Positions 17,103 through 23,187 of a DNA stretch of 42,116 nt are shown piece after piece; positions within the stretch are counted from its first letter, which is position 1; each line of letters starts with the position of its first letter. Made by a program: the position numbers and the translations under genes. The notes beneath the pieces were generated by a model. That model searched no databases. It saw only the letters and a list, made by a program, of their open reading frames with translations, and was not told where the DNA came from. This stretch comes from Candidatus Micrarchaeota archaeon (lineage in GTDB: Archaea > Micrarchaeota > Micrarchaeia > Anstonellales > Bilamarchaeaceae), in NCBI GenBank assembly GCA_023248035.1, contig JAHFFJ010000004.1, positions 12,048-54,163 of the forward strand. The letters run 5' to 3'.

Positions 17103-18098
17103 GTGCTACTCATGTCTGAATGGAAATCTCAAAAACCTAGTGGGGATAGAGGCGGAAAAAGATCTAATGAACGTCCAAATCGATCAGGATATCGCGGGGG
17201 CGGCAATCGTTCCAGAGACGAAAATAGTCGTGGTTATGGGCGAGATTATAATCGTGGCGGAAATGACGATGGCGGTTTTAACAAGCGCGAGCGCTTTATG
17301 CGAAAATCCCGTGACAGCGTTATGCAGGCGTTAAAAAGCCGTGACATGCTTCTTGCAAGCGTAACAAAGTCCATCGAAGATCTGGATAAGACAATTAACC
17401 TTCTTGGCGAGCGTCTTGAAGACTGGTATAGTCTTTATTTCCCAGAACTTAAGACTGATGAAAAAATCAAATTTTGCAATGCAATACTCATAATTGACCG
17501 AGATAATTTTGATGAAAACGCTCTCTCTGCTATACTTGGCCAGAAGCATGCTTTAGAACTTGCACAATCATCTAAAACAAGTCTTGGAACAAAACTCTCT
17601 TCAAAAGACCTTTCAGAATGTCTTTTACTTGCAAAATCCATTCTTTCTCTTGAAACTTTAAGGAAGGATTACGAAAATTATCAGAAAGAACTTGCACATG
17701 AACTTTGTCCCAATCTTTCTGAAGTTGGCGGTCCGGAAATCGCTGCAAAGCTGGTTTCACATGTAGGTTCACTGGTGAGACTTGCAATGCTCCCTGCGAG
17801 TGCGATACAGGTTTTGGGTGCGGAAAAAGCCCTTTTTAAACACTTAAAGAACCGCAGAATCCCTCCTCCAAAGCACGGAATAATATTTCAATATGCACGC
17901 ATTTCATCATCACCAAAAAGTGTTAGGGGTAAAATTGCCCGTGCACTTGCAAACAAGCTTTCAATCGCTGCAAAGGCCGATGCATTTACAAAAAATCCAA
18001 TATTCGCTGATCTGAAAAAGGATCTCGAAACTCGTCTATCTGAAATCATGGTGGATTACGAGAGACAAAAGAAAGCAAAAGTAACTCCTCCAGCTTAA
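17103..18098 (+). CDS. nop5: Nop5 (Nop56/58)-family C/D box RNP protein with an RGG-rich N-terminus
   Basis: The coiled-coil and Nop domains are colinear with archaeal Nop5 (LGERLEDWYSLYFPEL; VLGAEKALFKHLKNRRIPPPKHGIIFQ; GKIARALANKLSIAAKADAF). The first ~75 aa are GDRGGKRSNERPNRSGYRGGGNRSRDENSRGYGRDYNRGGNDDGGF. The likely start is ATG 17112. Confidence 0.85.
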   Translation: MLLMSEWKSQKPSGDRGGKRSNERPNRSGYRGGGNRSRDENSRGYGRDYNRGGNDDGGFNKRERFMRKSRDSVMQALKSRDMLLASVTKSIEDLDKTINLLGERLEDWYSLYFPELKTDEKIKFCNAILIIDRDNFDENALSAILGQKHALELAQSSKTSLGTKLSSKDLSECLLLAKSILSLETLRKDYENYQKELAHELCPNLSEVGGPEIAAKLVSHVGSLVRLAMLPASAIQVLGAEKALFKHLKNRRIPPPKHGIIFQYARISSSPKSVRGKIARALANKLSIAAKADAFTKNPIFADLKKDLETRLSEIMVDYERQKKAKVTPPA

Positions 18099-18108
18099 GG
18101 TAATCCAA

Positions 18109-18498
18109 ATGATTCGTGTACGTGCTGTTAAGCCATCTGAAATAGATGATGCAAAAAATTTCATAAGGCGCATTTTTCCAAATGCAATGGTACAAATAAC
18201 CGAAGACGATCTTCTTCTTCTGGCTGAGGAAATGGGTCAGTTTGTTGGTTTTGCACACATAATCGATGAAGGCGAACGAGTTCTTATTCAGGGAATTGGT
18301 GTTACTGAATCTATGCGTGGACAGGGTGTTGGTACAATTTTGCTCGAACACATCCTCCATGCCCTACGTGATAATGACCGACCGATTTTCCTTAAGGTAA
18401 AAGCTTTAAACCCGGTTATCGACCTATATTGCCGATACGGATTTTTCCTTCACCGCTTTGGAGATTCGCATATGCTGGTAAAAAAAGTTGATAACTAA
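18109..18498 (+). CDS. GNAT-family N-acetyltransferase
   Basis: IQGIGVTESMRGQGVGTILLEHIL is the acetyl-CoA motif A (Q/RxxGxG/A). Confidence 0.85.
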   Translation: MIRVRAVKPSEIDDAKNFIRRIFPNAMVQITEDDLLLLAEEMGQFVGFAHIIDEGERVLIQGIGVTESMRGQGVGTILLEHILHALRDNDRPIFLKVKALNPVIDLYCRYGFFLHRFGDSHMLVKKVDN

Positions 18499-18524
18499 GC
18501 TATTCAAGTCCCATTAGGGACTTC

Positions 18525-18533
18525 TTTTTATTT
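18525..18533 (+). promoter_or_regulatory. TATA-like box for tRNA-Pro
   Basis: TTTTTATTT lies 26-34 nt upstream of the tRNA 5' end (18559). Confidence 0.4.
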
Positions 18534-18558
18534 CCTTCGTCTTTATTTCATATCAATC

Positions 18559-18830
18559 GGGGAAATGAGCTAACCTGGTATGCTGTCAGCTTTGGGTCTC
18601 CACCTTTTAGGAAAAGGTGGAGCCAAAACGTGCTGTTTCAAAACCCTTTCGGGTTTTTGGTTTTGTTCAGTTGAATTTTCCTTATCGGAAAATTACTGAA
18701 CTTCACAAACCATTTTTGTAAGTGCGAGCCGATAGGCGAGCGAACGAAACAAAAATTAGCAAGACTGTTTTGGGTACCTTTTAAGGTATCAAAAGAGCTG
18801 GTTGTCTGAGTTCAAATCTCAGTTTCCCCA
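18559..18830 (+). tRNA. tRNA-Pro(UGG) with a 199-nt intron at 37/38
   Basis: Exon 1 is 18559-18596 (GGGGAAATGAGCTAACCTGGTATGCTGTCAGCTTTGGG). Exon 2 is 18796-18830 (AGCTGGTTGTCTGAGTTCAAATCTCAGTTTCCCCA). Features are acceptor GGGGAAA/TTTCCCC, anticodon arm TCAGC-TTTGGGA-GCTGG, T arm CTGAG-TTCAAAT-CTCAG and discriminator A. Confidence 0.88.
18597..18795 (+). other. tRNA-Pro canonical-position intron (199 nt), full-length modular element
   Basis: It contains H1 ctccaccttttaggaaaaggtggag (18598-18622), H2 aaaaccctttcgggtttt, H3 (18665-18701), M (18722-18745), attagcaagactgttttggg (18755-18774) and H4 gtaccttttaaggtat. CAAA (18790-18793) pairs with loop nt 32-35 UUUG, leaving an AG|A bulge at the 3' splice site. 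Confidence 0.8.
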
Positions 18831-18975
18831 TAAAAGGAACCAAGGTTCCTTTTTATCCTCCTTTGAAAAGAACCAATGGTTCTTTTTGAATCTCATGAAA
18901 GAACCTACGGTTCTTTCTATCTCCCTCTTTTTTGAATCAAGGTTTCTTTCTAACTTCCTTTTCTTTGAGTATTTT
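18831..18975. repeat. Tandem array (~4 units, ~33-nt period) of palindromic hairpins
   Basis: The units are aaaaggaaccaaggttcctttt, gaaaagaaccaatggttcttttt, gaaagaacctacggttctttc and a degenerate fourth, separated by the pyrimidine spacers atcctcc, gaatctc, atctccc and aacttcc. The first hairpin plus T5 sits directly 3' of tRNA-Pro (terminator-like). Confidence 0.75.
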
Positions 18976-19077
18976 AATTTACAATTTTGTTCTAAAATCG
19001 AAATTTAGTGTGTTTGGACTGCACTTATTGGGTAAAAACAACGAATCATTTATATATTTACTGGCGAAAAACATCTC

Positions 19078-20211
19078 ATGGCAACCAGTATAAGACAGAA
19101 ATCTCCCAGTTTAGAAAAAAAAAGTAAAAAAATAAAAGTATCCGCATTTCACAAGGCTCCCGATAAATACAGCTTTAGTCATCTGGCAAAAATACTTACA
19201 AGTGGTGAACGTCTTGCAATGCTTAGTGCAGTTGACCGTCTAAAAGGGCGAGTGAGAGTTCTTATCGAACTTGCACTTTTTTCGAGTTTTCCCTTTGTAA
19301 GGCTTGCTGCAATCTCAAATCTCTCCCACGATGTCGAAGCTCTTATTGACATCGCTAAATTCTGCCAGCATGAAGATACTCGTGCTTCAGCAGTGGATGA
19401 ACTTTCACACGATCCTGATGCCCTAGCTGAAATTGCATGCTCCTCTCTCTTTGGGGGAACCAGACTCGCTGCAGTGCACAATCTTTCCAATCCAGATTCA
19501 CTCGCTGAAATAGCATCACGCTCTCCAAATAAAGATTCCCGTTCAGCAGCAGTTGAGAAAATTGCAAATAATCCTGCAGCACTAAAAAAAGTTGCAGAAA
19601 ACTCACCTTATAGAAATGTACGCATGCAGGTTATCAATCTCCTTTCCTCAAATATCGACACCCTATGTTCGCTTGTGCTATCCAAGCACAATCAGGTGAA
19701 AAAAGCTGCAGTTTCCAAGCTCTCACTTTCAGTTGAGGAAATTGAAGATACCGAAGCACTAATCCAAATAGCAAAGTTTTCGCAAAATGAGGATTCTCGC
19801 TACATCTCGGTGGGGAGGCTTTCTAACGATCCACTTTCACTAAAGGCCGTTATTTCAGATTCAGAATATACTGACTCACGTTCAACCGCACTCATGCTTC
19901 TTTCTGATATGGTAAAAAAATTGCACGACCCGGAACTTCTTTCCGATGTCGCAATACTTTCACCATATGCAGATTGTCGGTCTGCAGCAATCGATCGCCT
20001 TGTTGGTCAAAATTCAGCACTTTTATCTGTAGCAGCAAAATCCAAATTCAGAAATTCGCGAGATCAGGCTCTCCATAAACTTAAGGGAGATGTTGAAGCT
20101 TTAAAGAGCCTCTCCAAACTATCCCGCTATCCTGATACACGCAAAAAAGCACACCATCTTGTTTCAAAACCTGATGTTTTCGAAAACGAACTCGTGCGAA
20201 TCCTGGGATAA
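19078..20211 (+). CDS. Alpha-solenoid (HEAT/LRV-like) repeat protein
   Basis: 377-aa ORF with about 30-aa repeats of the form ..D.R.aAv..LS.DP.AL..IA.. (for example EDTRASAVDELSHDPDALAEIA and KDSRSAAVEKIANNPAALKKVA). Confidence 0.6.
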   Translation: MATSIRQKSPSLEKKSKKIKVSAFHKAPDKYSFSHLAKILTSGERLAMLSAVDRLKGRVRVLIELALFSSFPFVRLAAISNLSHDVEALIDIAKFCQHEDTRASAVDELSHDPDALAEIACSSLFGGTRLAAVHNLSNPDSLAEIASRSPNKDSRSAAVEKIANNPAALKKVAENSPYRNVRMQVINLLSSNIDTLCSLVLSKHNQVKKAAVSKLSLSVEEIEDTEALIQIAKFSQNEDSRYISVGRLSNDPLSLKAVISDSEYTDSRSTALMLLSDMVKKLHDPELLSDVAILSPYADCRSAAIDRLVGQNSALLSVAAKSKFRNSRDQALHKLKGDVEALKSLSKLSRYPDTRKKAHHLVSKPDVFENELVRILG

Positions 20212-20247
20212 CCTTCTTTTTTAAGTGTTTGTTTATAGATAGTTGTA

Positions 20248-20955
20248 ATGGCAGCAACATCAAGGCCACCTTCAGTTGCTCTACCGCCAGAACAAAGACC
20301 ATCTCCATTTGCTCTGGATCCAGAACAAAGACCAAAACCCAAAGGTACTTATAGTTCTAGATCACCTCAAGTTGAATCTCCTCAATCTATACGCTCTGTT
20401 ACTCCTGCTAATCGATCTGGTGCAATATCCAGAAAGCCTCGATCAGACCAAGAAGAAAAATTATCTCCAGAAGAAAAAACAAGGCAATTGACCCTTATAG
20501 CAAGACTAAAAACAAATGTAGCCGGAATCACATCCGATGATTTTTCAGAATTTATTAGAGCTAGTACTGATTGCGAAGTTGCTTTGGCTTTCACTTCTCT
20601 TTTGGCAGTGTATCTTGATCGGCACGAACCGGAACATATATTTCTTGTTTCTATCTTAGTTGCCTTTTCTGGTTCAGAAGAACTTAGGAGTCATGGCATT
20701 CTTTGTCTAAAAAACATAGCGAAAAATGGCCATAATATTTGTGAATTCTTAGACTCTACTGGCAATTCCAACTCCACAGGCCCTACAAATCCACTTAGAC
20801 TTATTATGGAAGATATAAATCTATCAGGTATTTCCAATATAATTGATATACTTGTGTTGCATGCAAATCTTGGTCATACTCAAAGAGCCCAAGTTTTAGA
20901 TGTTATCGAAGGGAAACCCGATTTTGTTAGACTAAAAACTGCGTTAACTATATAG
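20248..20955 (+). CDS. Hypothetical protein with a Pro/Ser-rich repeat-containing N-terminus
   Basis: 235-aa ORF with the internal DNA/peptide duplication PPEQRPSPFALDPEQRPKPKG. Its stop abuts the 3' end of the convergent tRNA-Thr. Confidence 0.5.
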   Translation: MAATSRPPSVALPPEQRPSPFALDPEQRPKPKGTYSSRSPQVESPQSIRSVTPANRSGAISRKPRSDQEEKLSPEEKTRQLTLIARLKTNVAGITSDDFSEFIRASTDCEVALAFTSLLAVYLDRHEPEHIFLVSILVAFSGSEELRSHGILCLKNIAKNGHNICEFLDSTGNSNSTGPTNPLRLIMEDINLSGISNIIDILVLHANLGHTQRAQVLDVIEGKPDFVRLKTALTI

Positions 20956-20989
20956 CCTCGGGAGGGATTTGAACCCCCGGCCTCCTCCT

Positions 20990-21107
20990 TGCCCGCTTTT
21001 GGTAAAAGCGGGACCAAAACAGTCTTGCTAATTTTCGCTGCGCGAAAATGTAAAACCCGAAAGGGTTTTCAACAGAAAGTTTTGATCCAACTTTTCCTAA
21101 AAGTTGG
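20990..21107 (-). other. tRNA-Thr intron at 37/38 (118 nt), element variant lacking H3
   Basis: It contains H1 ccaac..gttgg (21087-21107), caacagaaagttttgatc, H2 (about 21051-21070), ccaaaacagtcttgctaat (21014-21032) and H4 cccgc..gcggg (20992-21012). Intron nt -6..-3 CGGG pair with loop 32-35 CUCG, leaving a CA|A bulge. Confidence 0.75.
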
Positions 21108-21128
21108 TACGAGAGAGGCGCTCTACCA

Positions 21129-21208
21129 TTTTTCGCGCTTTTTTAGTAAAAAAGCGCACCAAAAAACTAACAATAAGTTTTTGATGCACCTTTTTTCTAA
21201 AAAGGTGC
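21129..21208 (-). other. tRNA-Thr D-loop intron (80 nt), minimal element (H1 - closing stem - H4)
   Basis: It separates GCTCAGT from TGGTAGAGC. The hairpins are gcacc..ggtgc (21186-21208) and gcgc..gcgc (21135-21157), with AUCAAAAAC...GUUUUUUGGU between them. Confidence 0.7.
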
Positions 21209-21245
21209 ACTGAGCTACCGAGGCTTTAATTCAAATTAAATAGTC

Positions 21246-21255
21246 TATTTTAAAA
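21246..21255 (-). promoter_or_regulatory. TATA-like box for tRNA-Thr
   Basis: Minus-strand TTTTAAAATA lies 22-31 nt upstream of the tRNA 5' end (21224). Confidence 0.45.
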
Positions 21256-21496
21256 GACCTGAGCATTTTCATGAAAGTGTACCCCCGGAGAAAAAATTCA
21301 AATGAACAGGGAAAAAAGGATGATGTTTACTGAATTTTTGACTTGGATAACTGTGGGTGTCAATACGGATGAAGTTTGATGAAACTTTACCATAAGTTTA
21401 TAGGAGGAAAGTTTCGTTTGATGAAACTTTAACTGGAGTCTGTACGAAGTAAAGTTTCAAATGCGCCCGCCGGGATTCGAACCCGGGTCATTAGCT

Positions 21497-21543
21497 CTCA
21501 TCTTTACCCCTAGTTTTGGGCCGCCTTTTCCTAAAAGGCGGAA
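21497..21543 (-). other. tRNA-Gly anticodon-loop intron (~47 nt)
   Basis: It lies between CTTCCA and AGCTAA. It contains the H-type hairpin ccgccttttcctaaaaggcgg (21521-21541) followed by CCCAAAAC. I could not draw a clean 4-bp central helix for a canonical BHB here. Confidence 0.6.
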
Positions 21544-21564
21544 TGGAAGGCTAAGATCCTACCG

Positions 21565-21678
21565 TTTTCCAAGCTTTTAGGTGCGAGCACACCCTGTTAG
21601 GGCGTGTCGCGGTTTCATCAAAACCGATTCGTTATTTTTAACTAATCAGTTTTTGTGAAACTTTTTCCTAAAAAGTTT
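21565..21678 (-). other. tRNA-Gly D-loop intron (~114 nt)
   Basis: It contains hairpin aaac..gttt (21658-21677), CACAAAAAC...GGUUUUGAUG, and a long GC-rich hairpin gtgcgagcacaccctgttagggcgtgtcgc (about 21581-21610) at the M-module position. Confidence 0.6.
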
Positions 21679-21717
21679 GCTAGACTACAGGCGCTTTTTT
21701 CTTTTGTTGTTAAGTTG

Positions 21718-21727
21718 TTTTTAAAAA
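21718..21727 (-). promoter_or_regulatory. TATA-like box for tRNA-Gly
   Basis: TTTTTAAAAA lies 24-33 nt upstream of the tRNA 5' end (21694). Confidence 0.45.
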
Positions 21728-22192
21728 TCACAGCTTTTTCCTCATTTCTATGTGCATGTCTCTAAAACCCCACTTCTTGTACAATCCATGGGCTTCAGGA
21801 TTTATCGCATGCACCCCTATAGATGCATACGTCATCTTTTTCTTTTTGAACCATGCAAGCGTTTCTTTTACTAATTGCTCACCGATGCCTTTGCCACGAT
21901 ATTTTTCCTTCACATACAAATCAAATATATGACCAAGCCTCTTGAGCTTGAAAACTTTCACGTTGTTCTTTATTGCGCTTAATGAATACCCCACTATTTC
22001 GTCATCCTCTTTCGCAACAAGTACGAGCCTATTCGACGATTTTATACCTTTCAAGACCCATAGTTTCCATTTGCGTTCGGCGTCATCTACTAAATCAAGC
22101 ATCGAGCTTCCACGTATCCTGTGGAATTGCATGAGTTCGTTCCATAACACTAAAAGAACTTTAACATCTTTTGGAGTGGCCTTTCTTATCAT
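21728..22192 (-). CDS. GNAT-family N-acetyltransferase
   Basis: 154-aa ORF. LYVKEKYRGKGIGEQLVKETLAWFKK is motif A. Confidence 0.85.
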   Translation of the reverse strand: MIRKATPKDVKVLLVLWNELMQFHRIRGSSMLDLVDDAERKWKLWVLKGIKSSNRLVLVAKEDDEIVGYSLSAIKNNVKVFKLKRLGHIFDLYVKEKYRGKGIGEQLVKETLAWFKKKKMTYASIGVHAINPEAHGLYKKWGFRDMHIEMRKKL

Positions 22193-22839
22193 CAGAATAC
22201 GCCAGCCAGTTCAGCCAAAAAGGTTTTAGGATCTTTAGCTTTTACAAATGCACTTGCAAGCAACACTCCCTCAGCACCCAATTCCAGGGCTTTTTTTACA
22301 TCCTGCTTGTTGCTCACACCTGCTCCACAAAGCACCTTCACATGGTGATTGACATCTTTGATTGCACGTACTGAGTTTACCACTATTTCCGGACGCACCT
22401 TTGAAACACTAATTCCCTTGCCTATAAGTTCTGGAGGTTCCACAGCAATAAAAGTGGGTTTATGCGATACTATCGAAGCCGCTTCATTAGTTGTTGCTGC
22501 ACAAACAATACTCTCTAACCCATTCATATGTAGCCTTTCTATAGTTTGGGCCATCTTATCGCGAGCAAGTTTTTTCTCAGAATGATTTATAATCGAGCCT
22601 TTTACCTTTATGTCCTTTAACATCTCAGCAGCTATCGAACCAGTGTACGCTCCTGGAGGTTCAGGGTCAGTATGTTGTGCAAATATATCACACGAGCGGC
22701 CTGTTGCTTCCTTAAGGTAGGGTGTAGGTGGACAAACAACTATTCTAAGGCCGGTTTTACCCACAATCTCATCAGCTATGTCTGCAAAAAGAAGCGATCT
22801 TTCTATATCTGTATATGTCTTAAGGTTAAGGACTATCAT
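22192..22839 (-). CDS. tpiA: Triosephosphate isomerase (short archaeal type)
   Basis: 215-aa ORF with NLKTY, IINHSEKKL, AVEPPELIGKGISVS and CGAGVSNKQDV...GVLLASAFVKAKDP. Confidence 0.9.
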   Translation of the reverse strand: MIVLNLKTYTDIERSLLFADIADEIVGKTGLRIVVCPPTPYLKEATGRSCDIFAQHTDPEPPGAYTGSIAAEMLKDIKVKGSIINHSEKKLARDKMAQTIERLHMNGLESIVCAATTNEAASIVSHKPTFIAVEPPELIGKGISVSKVRPEIVVNSVRAIKDVNHHVKVLCGAGVSNKQDVKKALELGAEGVLLASAFVKAKDPKTFLAELAGVF

Positions 22840-22877
22840 AATCTACTATGGTGAAAGTAATCTTATTAATAGCTTTT

Positions 22878-22885
22878 AAAAAAAA
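22878..22885 (-). terminator. Oligo-T tract directly 3' of tRNA-Ser
   Basis: Eight consecutive T on the minus strand start at the nucleotide after discriminator G (22886). Archaeal RNAP terminates at oligo-T. Confidence 0.5.
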
Positions 22886-22900
22886 CGCCGAGGGCAGGAT

Positions 22901-23006
22901 CCCCAACTTTTAGGGAAAGTTGGATCAAAACAGTCTTGCTAGTTTTAAAAACCCGGAAGGGTTTTTCAACAAACTGTTTTTGTAAAACTTTTTTCCTAAA
23001 AAGTTT
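22901..23006 (-). other. tRNA-Ser T-loop intron (~106 nt), element variant lacking H3/M
   Basis: It contains H1 aaaac..gtttt (about 22984-23007), caacaaactgtttttgt, H2 aaaaacccggaagggttttt (about 22947-22968), tcaaaacagtcttgctagt (22924-22943) and H4 ccaac..gttgg (22903-22923). Confidence 0.7.
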
Positions 23007-23035
23007 TTGAACCTGCAATCCACGAGGGATCGGCT

Positions 23036-23072
23036 CTCTCGTAAAATTTGTTCCGTTTTTCCAACAGATCCG
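23036..23072 (-). other. tRNA-Ser canonical 37/38 intron (37 nt)
   Basis: Loop nt 32-35 CUCG (23078-23075) pair perfectly with intron nt -6..-3 CGAG (23041-23038). The 3' bulge is AG|A. Confidence 0.8.
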
Positions 23073-23096
23073 TTCGAGACCGACGCACTACCGGAA

Positions 23097-23187
23097 TGCA
23101 CTGCTGCCTCCAGTTTCCCGTTTTGTTTCGTTCGCTCTCCTTATCGGTTCGCACGAAACTGAAAACTCGAGACTGAAAACGCAATTA
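23097..23187 (-). other. tRNA-Ser D-arm intron (~91 nt)
   Basis: The junction is ambiguous within a duplicated GCA. It contains hairpin CGCA-TAAT-TGCG, the direct repeat GTTTTCAGT x2, the M module (23129-23154, RNA GTGCGAACCGATAAGGAGAGCGAACG) and AAACAAAA as in the Pro intron. Confidence 0.6.

Larger units (their letters stand above)
20954..21224 (-). tRNA. tRNA-Thr(CGU), three exons and two introns
   Basis: The RNA-sense exons are GCCTCGGTAGCTCAGT (21224-21209), TGGTAGAGCGCCTCTCTCGTA (21128-21108) and AGGAGGAGGCCGGGGGTTCAAATCCCTCCCGAGGCT (20989-20954). They join to 73 nt with acceptor GCCTCGG/CCGAGGC, D arm GCTC-AGTTGGTA-GAGC, anticodon arm CCTCT-CTCGTAA-GGAGG and T arm GGGGG-TTCAAAT-CCCTC. 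Confidence 0.85.
21462..21694 (-). tRNA. tRNA-Gly(UCC), three exons and two introns
   Basis: The RNA-sense exons are GCGCCTGTAGTCTAGC (21694-21679), CGGTAGGATCTTAGCCTTCCA (21564-21544) and AGCTAATGACCCGGGTTCGAATCCCGGCGGGCGCA (21496-21462). Features are acceptor GCGCCTG/CGGGCGC, anticodon arm TTAGC-CTTCCAA-GCTAA, T arm CCGGG-TTCGAAT-CCCGG and discriminator A. The D-loop junction is the least certain. Confidence 0.8.

Noticed and set aside
18831-18975. CRISPR array, at both hairpin arrays (also 41377-41640)
   Set aside because: The intervening segments are only 7-12 nt and are themselves conserved (ATCTCC-like), the units degenerate, and no cas genes or leader are present. These are tandem palindromic repeats, not repeat-spacer arrays.
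21380-21460. Box C/D sRNA between tRNA-Thr and tRNA-Gly (two TGATGA boxes)
   Set aside because: The two TGATGA motifs are 42 nt apart, no CTGA D box follows the second, and the only CTGA lies upstream of both. The spacing does not fit C-D'-C'-D. The TGATGA motifs sit inside aaagttt...aaacttt palindromes, which look like decayed hairpin repeats.
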